From: Amphiscolops sp. MND2022
Taxonomy: Eukaryota
Direction of reading: 5' to 3'
Assembly: GCA_964187785.1 (NCBI GenBank)
Contig: OZ076409.1
Location: forward strand, 24,738,001-24,802,000
DNA length: 64,000 nt
In this document: one piece after another, positions 1-10,607 of the stretch
Position numbering within the stretch: the first letter of the stretch is position 1
How the letters are laid out: every line of letters starts with the position of its first letter
The notes under the pieces: generated by a model
What the model saw: only the letters and a program-made list of their open reading frames with translations
The model's database searches: none
Told to the model about the DNA's origin: nothing
Translations under genes and position numbers: made by a program

Positions 1-3000
1 GGGTTACTGATAGAAGAAAATGGATATAAGAAACAGTTTTTTCACCGCCCTTTGATTTTCTTTATCCGAGTTAGACTCATTAATCGAGAAAAAAGTCAAA
101 CTATTCAGGACTAAGTATGGAACATGGAAGAAGAAACAATTGGAATGAATATCTATAGTAGCGTTCTACATTATTCGCTTGCTTGAAATAGCAAAATTCA
201 AATCCAGCTATCGTCATAGATTTCTCCTAATTCTACCGTAGTTTACAGAAATGTTGAAGAATTCAATTATTGCAGGTCGACGCTATATCTAAGACTCAAA
301 TAAAATCGAAGGGGGATCCTTTGGAGACAAAAAAATTCGAGAAAAAGTCGCACAGTGCCGAAAAAAACCAAAAGGGAGCACCCTTTAATCCCGTCCGGTT
401 TTGTAGGTTACGTTTAAAAAGTAAAAAACCAAAGCGGGACCCTTTGAAATAACTTAGTTGCGTTTCCCAAGTAATCGTTTAGTTTCCTTTAGTTGAACAT
501 TAACGCTCGTCGCTTCGAGTCTGGCTTAAAGAAAAAAACGAGTGGCTGTAATAGTCGGGCTCTTTTCTTAAGGAAGGCGCCGACTAAAAATACTTGCTGT
601 TGGCAACAGAGGCACTCACATTTTATACCAAATTGTCACAAATTATGATATTCACAAATCAATTTTGACAAAAAGTTTTCAAAAAAGATTACCATGAAAG
701 CATTCCCCGTCGAACGAGAAAACGCAAATATCTCAAGGAAGGGTTACTGATAGAAGAAAATGGATATAAGAAACAGTTTTTTCACCGCCCTTTGATTTTC
801 TTTATCCAAGTTAGACACATTAATCGAGAAAAAAGTCAAACTATTCAAGACTAAGTATGGAACATGGAAGAAGAAACAATTGGAATGAATATCTATAGTA
901 GCGTTCTACATTATTCGCTTGCTTGAAATAGCAAAATTCAAATCCAGCTATCGTCATAGATTTCTCCTAATTCTACCGTAGTTTACAGAAATGTTGGAGA
1001 ATTCAATTATTGCAGGTCGACGCTATATCTAAGACTCAAATAAAATCGAAAGGGGATCCTTTGGAGACAAAAAAATTCGAGAAAAAGTCGCACAGTGCCG
1101 AAAAAAAATTGAAAGGGAGCACCCTTTAGTCCCGTCCGGTTTTGTAGGTTACGTTTAAAAAGTAAAAAACCAAAGCGGGACCCTATGGAATAACTTAGTT
1201 GCGTTTCCCAAGTATTCGTTTAGTTTCCTTTAGTTGAACATTAACGCTCGTCGCTTCGAGTCTGGCTTAAAGAAAAAAACGAGTGGTAATAGTCGGGCTG
1301 TAATAGTCGGGCTCTTTTCTTAAGAAAGGCGCCGACTAAAAATACTTGCTGTTGACAACAGAGGCACTCACATTTTATACCAATTTGTCACAAATTATGA
1401 TATTCACAAATCAATTTTGACAAAAAGTTTTCAAAAAAGATTACCATGAAAGCATTCCCCGTCGAACGAGAAAACGCAAATATCTCAAGGAAGGGTTACT
1501 GATAGAAGAAAATGGATATAAGAAACAGTTTTTTCACCGCCCTTTGATTTTCTTTATCCGAGTTAGACTCATTAATCGAGAAAAAAGTCAAACTATTCAG
1601 GACTAAGTATGGAACATGGAAGAAGAAACAATTGGAATGAATATCTATAGTAGCGTTCTACATTATTCGCTTGCTTGAAATAGCAAAATTCAAATCCAGC
1701 TATCGTCATAGATTTCTCCTAATTCTACCGTAGTTTACAGAAATGTTGGAGAATTCAATTATTGCAGGTCGACGCTATATCTAAGACTCAAATAAAATCG
1801 AAAGGGGATCCTTTGGAGATAAAAAAATTCGAGAAAAAGTCGCACAGTGTCGAAAAAAAATTGAAAGGGAGCACCCTTTGGTCCCGTCCGGTTTTGTAGG
1901 TTACGTCTAAAAAGTAAAAAACCAAAGCGGGACCCTTTGGAATAACTTAGTTGCGTTTCCCAAGTATTCGTTTAGTTTCCTTTAGTTGAACATTAACGCT
2001 CGTCGCTTCGAGTCTGGCTTAAAGAAAAAAACGAGTGGCTTTAATAGTCGGGCTCTTTCCTTAAAAAAGGCGCCGACTAAAAATACTTGCTGTTGACAAC
2101 AGAGGCACTCACATTTTATACCAAATTGTCACAAATTATGATATTCACAAATCAATTTTGACAAAAAGTTTTCAAAAAAGATTACCATGAAAACATTCCC
2201 CGTCGAACGAGAAAACGCAAATATCTCAAGGAAGGGTTACTGATAGAAGAAAATGGATATAAGAAACAGTTTTTTCACCGCCCTTTGATTTTCTTTATCC
2301 GAGTTAGACTCATTAATCGAGAAAAAAGTCAAACTATTCAGGACTAAGTATGGAACATGGAAGAAGAAACAATTGGAATGAATATCTATAGTAGCGTTCT
2401 ACATTATTCGCTTGCTTGAAATAGCAAAATTCAAATCCAGCTATCGTCATAGATTTCTCCTAATTCTACCGTCGTTTACAGAAATCTTGGAGAATTCAAT
2501 TATTGCAGGTCGACGCTATATCTAAGACTCAAATAAAATCGAAGGGGGATCCTTTGGAGACAAAAAAATTCGAGAAAAAGTCGCACAGTGCCAAAAAAAT
2601 CGAAAGGGAGGACCCTTTAGTCCCGTCCGGTTTTGTAGGTTACGTTCAAAAAGAAAAAAACCAAAGGAGGACCCTTTGGAATAACTTAGTTGCGTTTCCC
2701 GGGTATTCGTTTAGTTTCCTTTAGTTGAACATTAACGCTCGTCGCTTCGAGTCTGGCTTAAAGAAAAAAACGAGTGGCTGTAATAGTCGGGCTCTTTTCT
2801 TAAGAAAGGCGCCGACTAAAAATACTTGCTGTTGACAACAGAGGCACTCACATTTTATACCAAATTGTCACAAATTATGATATTCACAAATCAATTTTGA
2901 CAAAAAGTTTTCAAAAAAGATTACCATGAAAGCATTCCCCGTCGAACGAGAAAACGCAAATATCTCAAGGAAGGGTTACTGATAGAAGAAAATGGATATA

Positions 3001-6000
3001 AGAAACAGTTTTTTCACCGCCCTTTGATTTTTTTATCCGAGTTAGACTCATTAATCGAGAAAAAAGTCAAACTATTCAGGACTAAGTATGGAACATGGAA
3101 GAAGAAACAATTGGAATGAATATCTATAGTAGCGTTCTACATTATTCGCTTGCTTGAAATAGCAAAATTCAAATCCAGCTATCGTCATAGATTTCTCCTA
3201 ATTCTACCGTAGTTTACAGAAATGTTGGAGAATTCTATTATTGCAGGTCGACGCTATATCTAAGACTCAAATAAAATCGAAAGGGGATCCTTTGGAGATA
3301 AAAAAATTCGAGAAAAAGTCGCACAGTGTCGAAAAAAAATTGAAAGGGAGCACCCTTTAGTCCCGTCCGGTTTTGTAGGTTACGTTTAAAAAGTAAAAAA
3401 CCAAAGCGGGACCCTTTGGAATAACTTAGTTGCGTTTCCCAAGTATTCGTTTAGTTTCCTTTAGTTGAACATTAACGCTCGTCGCTTCGAGTCTGGCTTA
3501 AAGAAAAAAACGAGTGGCTGTAATAGTCGGGCTCTTTCCTTAAAAAAGGCGCCGACTAAAAATACTTGCTGTTGACAACAGAGGCACTCACATTTTATAC
3601 CAAATTGTCACAAATTATGATATTCACAAATCAATTTTGACAAAAAGTTTTCAAAAAAGATTACCATGAAAGCATTCCCCGTCGAACGAGAAAACGCAAA
3701 TATCTCAAGGAAGGGTTACTGATAGAAGAAAATGGATATAAGAAACAGTTTTTTCACCGCCCTTTGATTTTCTTTATCCGAGTTAGACTCATTAATCGAG
3801 AAAAAAGTCAAACTATTCAGGACTAAGTATGGAACATGGAAGAAGAAACAATTGGAATGAATATCTATAGTAGCAATCTACATTATTCGCTTGCTTGAAA
3901 TAGCAAAATTCAAATCCAGCTATCGTCATAGATTTCTCCTAATTCTACCGTCGTTTACAGAAATCTTGGAGAATTCAATTATTGCAGGTCGACGCTATAT
4001 CTAAGACTCAAATAAAATCGAAGGGGGATCCTTTGGAGACAAAAAAATTCGAGAAAAAGTCGCACAGTGCCAAAAAAATCGAAAGGGAGGACCCTTTAGT
4101 CCCGTCCGGTTTTGTAGGTTACGTTCAAAAAGTAAAAAACCAAAGGAGGACCCTTTGGAATAACTTAGTTGCGTTTCCCGGGTATTCGTTTAGTTTCCTT
4201 TAGTTGAACATTAACGCTCGTCGCTTCGAGTCTGGCTTAAAGAAAAAAACGAGTGGCTGTAATAGTCGGGCTCTTTTCTTAAGAAAGGCGCCGACTAAAA
4301 ATACTTGCTGTTGACAACAGAGGCACTCACACTTTATACCAAATTGTCACAAATTATGATATTCACAAATCAATTTTGACAAAAAGTTTTCAAAAAAGAT
4401 TACCATGAAAGCATTCCCCGTCGAACGAGAAAACGCAAATATCTCAAGGAAGGGTTACTGATAGAAGAAAATGGATATAAGAAAGTTTTTTCACCGCCCT
4501 TTGATTTTCTTTATCCGAGTTAGACTCATTAATCGAGAAAAAAGTCAAACTATTCAGGACTAAGTATGGAAAATGGAAGAAGAAACAATTGGAATGAATA
4601 TCTATAGTAGCGTTCTACATTATTCGCTTGCTTGGCATAGCAAAATTCAAATCCAGCTATCGTCAGATTTCTCCTAATTCTACCGTAGTTTACAGAAATG
4701 TTGGAGAATTCAATTATTGCAGGTCGACGCTATATCTAAGACTCAAATAAAATCGAAGGGGGATCCTTTGGAGACAAAAAAATTCGAGAAAAAGTCGCAC
4801 AGTGCCGAAAAAAAATCGAAAGGGAGGACCCTTTAGTCCCGTCCGGTTTTGTAGGTTACGTTTAAAAAGTAAAAAACCAAAGGAGGACCCTTTGGAATAA
4901 ATTAGTTGCGTTTCCCGGGTATTCGTTTAGTTTCCTTTAGTTGAACATTAACGCTCGTCGCTTCGAGCCTGTCTTAAAGAAAAAAAACGAAAGGCTGTAA
5001 TAGTCGGGCTCTTTTCTTAAGAAAGCGCCGACTCAAAATACTTGCTGTTGACAGCAGAGGCACTCACATTTTATACCAAATTGTCACAAATTATGATATT
5101 CACAAATCAATTTTGACAAAAAGTTTTCAAAAAAGATTACCATGAAAGCATTCCCTGTCGAACGAGAAAACGCAAATATCTCAAGGAAGGGTTACTGATA
5201 GAAGAAAATGGATATAAGAAACAGTTTTTTCACCGCCAAAAAATGAAAGGGAGCACCCTTTAGTACCGTCCGGTTTTGTAGGTTACGTTTAAAAAGTAAA
5301 AAACCAAAGCGGGACCCTTTGGAATAACTTAGTTGCGTTTCCCAAGTATTCGTTTAGTTTCCTTTAGTTGAACATTAACGCTCGTCGCTTCGAGTCTGGC
5401 GTAAAGAAAAAAACGAGTGGCTGTAATAGTCGGGCTCTTTCCTTAAAAAAGGCGCCGACTAAAAATACTTGCTGTTGACAACAGAGGCACTCACATTTTA
5501 TACCAAATTGTCACAAATTATGATATTCACAAATCAATTTTGACAAAAAGTTTTCAAAAAAGATTACCATGAAAGCATTCCCCGTCGAACGAGAAAACGC
5601 AAATATCTCAAGGAAGGGTTACTGATAGAAGAAAATGGATATAAGAAACAGTTTTTTCACCGCCCTTTGATTTTCTTTATCCGAGTTAGACTCATTAATC
5701 GAGAAAAAAGTCAAACTATTCAGGACTAAGTATGGAACATGGAAGAAGAAACAATTGGAATGAATATCTATAGTAGCAATCTACATTATTCGCTTGCTTG
5801 AAATAGCAAAATTCAAATCCAGCTATCGTCATAGATTTCTCCTAATTCTACCGTCGTTTACAGAAATCTTGGAGAATTCAATTATTGCAGGTCGACGCTA
5901 TATCTAAGACTCAAATAAAATCGAAGGGGGATCCTTTGGAGACAAAAAAATTCGAGAAAAAGTCGCACAGTGCCAAAAAAATCGAAAGGGAGGACCCTTT

Positions 6001-8840
6001 AGTCCCGTCCGGTTTTGTAGGTTACGTTTAAAAAGTAAAAAACCAAAGGAGGACCCTTTGGAATAACTTAGTTGCGTTTCCCGGGTATTCGTTTAGTTTC
6101 CTTTAGTTGAACATTAACGCTCGTCGCTTCGAGTCTGGCTTAAAGAAAAAAACGAGTGGCTGTAATAGTCGGGCTCTTTTCTTAAGAAAGGCGCCGACTA
6201 AAAATACTTGCTGTTGACAACAGAGGCACTCACATTTTATACAAAATTGTCACAAATTATGATATTCACAAATCAATTTTGACAAAAAGTTTTCAAAAAA
6301 GATTACCATGAAAGCATTCCCCGTCGAACGAGAAAACGCAAATATCTCAAGGAAGGGTTACTGATAGAAGAAAATGGATATAAGAAAGTTTTTTCACCGC
6401 CCTTTGATTTTCTTTATCCGAGTTAGACTCATTAATCGAGAAAAAAGTCAAACTATTCAGGACTAAGTATGGAAAATGGAAGAAGAAACAATTGGAATGA
6501 ATATCTATAGTAGCGTTCTACATTATTCGCTTGCTTGGCATAGCAAAATTCAAATCCAGCTATCGTCAGATTTCTCCTAATTCTACCGTAGTTTACAGAA
6601 ATGTTGGAGAATTCAATTATTGCAGGTCGACGCTATATCTAAGACTCAAATAAAATCGAAGGGGGATCCTTTGGAGACAAAAAAATTCGAGAAAAAGTCG
6701 CACAGTGCCGAAAAAAAATCGAAAGGGAGGACCCTTTAGTCCCGTCCGGTTTTGTAGGTTACGTTTAAAAAGTAAAAAACCAAAGGAGGACCCTTTGGAA
6801 TAAATTAGTTGCGTTTCCCGGGTATTCGTTTAGTTTCCTTTAGTTGAACATTAACGCTCGTCGCTTCGAGTCTGTCTTAAAGAAAAAAACATAAGGCTGT
6901 AATAGTCGGGCTCTTTTCTTAAGAAAGCGCCGACTCAAAATACTTGCTGTTGACAGCAGAGGCACTCACATTTTATACCAAATTGTCACAAATTATGATA
7001 TTCACAAATCAATTTTGACAAAAAGTTTTCAAAAAAGATTACCATGAAAGCATTCCCCGTCGAACGAGAAAACGCAAAAATCTCAAGAAAGGGTTACTGA
7101 TAGAAGAAAATGGATATAAGAAACAGTTTTTTCACCGCCCTTTGATTTTCTTTATCCGAGTTAGACTCATTAATCGAGAAAAAAGTCAAACTATTCAGGA
7201 CTAAGTATGAAACATGGAAGAAGAAACAATTGGAATGAATATCTATAGTAGCGTTCTACATTATTCGCTTGCTTGAAATAGCAAAATTCAAATCCAGCTA
7301 TCGTCATAGATTTCTCCTAATTCTACCGTCGTTTACAGAAATCTTGGAGAATTCAATTACTGCAGGTCGACGCTATATCTAAGACTCAAAATCGAAGGGG
7401 GATCCTTTGGAGACAAAAAAAATTCGAGAAAAAGTCGCACAGTGCCGAAAAAAAATCAAAAAGGAGGACCCTTTAGTCCCGTCCGGTTTTGTAGGTTACG
7501 TTTAAAAAGTAAAAAAACCAAAGCGGGACCCTTTGGAATAACTTAGTTGCGTTTCCCAAGTATTCGTTTAGTTTCCCTTAGTTGAACATTAACGCTCGTC
7601 GCTTCGAGTCTGGCTTAAAGAAAAAAACGAGTGGCTGTAATAGTCGGGCTCTTTTCTTAAGAAAGGCGCCGACTAAAAATACTTGCTGTTGACAACAGAG
7701 GCACTCACATTTTATACCAAATTGTCACAAATTATGATATTCACAAATCAATTTTGACAAAAAGTTTTCAAAAAAGATTACCATGAAAGCATTCCCCGTC
7801 GAACGAGAAAACGCAAATATCTCAAGGAAGGGTTACTGATAGAAGAAAATGGATATAAGAAACAGTTTTTTCACCGCCCTTTGATTTTCTTTATCCGAGT
7901 TAGACTCATTAATCGAGAAAAAAGTCAAACCATTCAGGACTAAGTATGGAACATGGAAGAAGAAACAATTGGAATGAATATCTATAGTAGCGTTCTACAT
8001 TATTCGCTTGCTTGGCATAGCAAAATTCAAATCCAGCTATCGTCAGATTTCTCCTAATTCTACCGTAGTTTACAGAAATGTTGGAGAATTCAATTATTGC
8101 AGGTCGACGCTATATCTAAGACTCAAATAAAATCGAAGGGGGATCCTTTGGAGACAAAAAAAATTCGAGAAAAAGTCGCACTGTGCCGAAAAAAATCAAA
8201 AGGGAGTACCCTTTAGGCCCGTCCGGTTTTGTAGATTACGTTTAAAAAGTAAAAAAACCAAAGCGGGACCCTTTGGAATAACTTAGTTGCGTTTCCCAAG
8301 TATTCGTTTAGTTTCCTTTAGTTGAACATTAACGCTCGTCGCTTCGAGTCTGGCTTAAAGAAAAAAACGAGTGGCTGTAATAGTCGGGCTCTTTTCTTAA
8401 GAAAGGCGCCGACTAAAAATACTTGCTGTTGACAACAGAGGCACTCACATTTTATACCAAATTGTCACAAATTATGATATTCACAAATCAATTTTGACAA
8501 AAAATTTTCAAAAAAGATTACCATGAAAGCATTCCCCGTCGAACGAGAAAACGCAAATATCTCAAGGAAGGGTTACTGATAGAAGAAAATGGATATAAGA
8601 AACAGTTTTTTCACCGCCCTTTGATTTTCTTTATCCGAGTTAAACTCATTAATCGAGAAAAAAGTCAAACTATTCAGGACTAAGTATGGAACATGGAAGA
8701 AGAAACAATTGGAATGAATATCTATAGTAGCGTTCTACATTATTCGCTTGCTTGGTATAGCAAAATTCAAATCCAGCTATCGTCAGATTTCTCCTAATTC
8801 TACCGTAGTTTACAGAAATGTTGGAGAATTCAATTATTGC
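1..8840. repeat. Tandem array (satellite), ~740-bp unit, 12 units plus a partial one; continues beyond the window start
   Basis: The marker GGGTTACTGATAGAAG recurs at 1, 741, 1493, 2234, 2973, 3713, 4452, 5189, 5616, 6355, 7091, 7830 and 8570. Unit 8 is shortened to 427 bp. The array stops at 8840 (TTATTGC|AAAAC instead of TTATTGC|AGGTCG). Confidence 0.98.
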
Positions 8841-9076
8841 AAAACTTCATTTGAAATTTGAATTTTTATGAAATAGTGACTTACAATCAAGTTCTTGGAA
8901 ACGTCTATTCTGAGACTCTTTGTAAATTCCTGAATCCTTCGAATTGTGTCAATTTCATTTTTTTTGGAATTGGGGGAAAGAATACGCCATTTTTTCTCAT
9001 CAGCACTGCATTGCACATATTGAGATTTGCACATATTGTTTCATTTGGAAAATTGATATTTTGAAATCGAAAATTT

Positions 9077-9753
9077 AAACAAGCCGGCAACGGTCCAAGC
9101 CGGCGCCATATTTAAGGCTCAACAAGACGGGAACGTCTAAAGTCGGCGCTATATCTAAGGCTCAAAAAGCGCAGAGTTTTCTAAATATGCCCAGGATGTA
9201 TTCATGAAAAGCTTTGAAAACACTTTCGAGACACCCAAAGTGTGCCTTTCATGCTCGATATGACTGGAAAATCACTTTTCCCGACTGGAAACAAAAAAAA
9301 TTTTGAAAATTTTTTTGAAAATTTTTTTTTGAAAAAAAAAATTTGAAAAAAACTTCGAAAACGTCGCATAGTGCCGAAAAATGAAAAAGGGGACCCTTTG
9401 GGATTCATTAACATACTGTCTGTTGCAAAATATCAAAAAATCCGAAGGGGGGACTCTTTTGAGATATTAAAAAGTTTCGAAAAAAATTCGCACAGTGCCG
9501 AAAAAAATTGAAAGGGGGGACCGTTTGGAGTCTTCCGGTTTTCTAGGTTACGTAAAAAAGGTAAAAAACGAAAGGGGGGACCCTTTGCAGTAAGTTTGCA
9601 TTGGTCGAACTTGGCCTGAGTGAACTTATCAGTTTCTGTAAAAAGTGGTACATACGCGATGAGCTCTGTGGTCTGACGAAAAAAAAAGAAAAAAAACTAG
9701 CCACTGTAATAGTCGGGCTTTTTTCCTTAAAGGAAAATGCGCCGACTAAAAAT
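9077..9753 (-). mobile_element. Helentron/HINE (DINE-1-like) non-autonomous element
   Basis: On the minus strand: T-rich 5' end with subTIR AGTCGGCGC, a nearby partial inverted repeat GCCCGACT, a core with GTGCCGAAAA/GGGACCC modules, a 3' subTIR GCGCCGACT, then the short hairpin AGACG-TTCC-CGTCT and TGTT. The same termini recur elsewhere in the window. Confidence 0.7.
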
Positions 9754-9804
9754 AGCAAAAGTACATCAAAGTGTAAAGTATTCTCTTCTACAGTACTCGA
9801 ATGA

Positions 9805-10140
9805 GGAAACATTTTTTTCGATTTTTTTGAAGTCTCCGGTAAGTCGCATAGTGCCGAAAAATGTAAAAGGGGGACCCTTTGGGATTTTTAAACATCCATT
9901 GTGTTGCAAAATATAAAAAATTGAAGGGGGCCCTTTTGAGACATTAAAGAATTGCGAAAAAAATCTCACAAAGCCGAAATAACATGCAAAAAAACTGTCA
10001 AGGGCGAGACCCGAACCCACGCCCTTCTGCTTGGCAGACCTCAACGAATCCTAATTAACCTCTATGCTAAGTGGCAGTAGAAGTTACAAGCGTGGCAGTT
10101 AGTGGACGCAGCTTATAACGCTTATAAAATCTGTCACGTC
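9805..10140 (-). mobile_element. HINE-family core fragment carrying a tRNA-like segment
   Basis: Core motifs shared with 9077-9753 (GTCGCATAGTGCCGAAAA, GGGGACCCTTTGGGAT), followed by a degenerate tRNA-like sequence at 10001-10075. Confidence 0.6.
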
Positions 10141-10607
10141 GTTGGTCTTAATGAAAATTAAGAAAAAGTGTCAAACTTTGCAAAGTCGCAAAAATTATAC
10201 CAACATTTCTGAAAACTACAAAAAATTCCAAGAAACTTCCCTAGCTGGCATTTGAACTTAGCTGCTTTAAGCAACGGAGTCTTGTTAATTTGAAATGCTG
10301 TTGAACATCTGAAAGGATCTCACGAGTTAAGGTGATATCATCACAAGTCACGCAAAATTATAACATTTCTGGAGTTTTACAACTATAGCTTTCGTTATAC
10401 AGTTGGACCTCACTATAAAGAACCATCTCTACAACGCAAATCTCGCAATACAGCAATTTGATTTCTATCTAAAACCATCAAAATTGAGTACACAAACAAG
10501 TATTCGAAACAACGTAAACTCTTTTTAACGCAATGAATGAAATACTCTGAGAGGTGCGGTAAACCGAGGTCCGACTGTAACCAATTGTTTCCACACTTCA
10601 CACTTAC

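Noticed and set aside
270-4203. Repeated ORFs MQVDAISKTQIKSKGDP... in the array
   Set aside because: They lie in the non-coding HINE part, begin at non-ATG codons and are open in only some units. They are chance frames.
1-8840. CRISPR array or rDNA-type repeat
   Set aside because: Long near-identical units with no unique spacers, no cas genes and no rRNA similarity, in a eukaryotic context.
10575-10607. 33-bp in-frame mini-intron after exon 17 of CLEC16A
   Set aside because: Shorter than any supported intron here (minimum 51 bp), with a weak pyrimidine tract and no homology support downstream.
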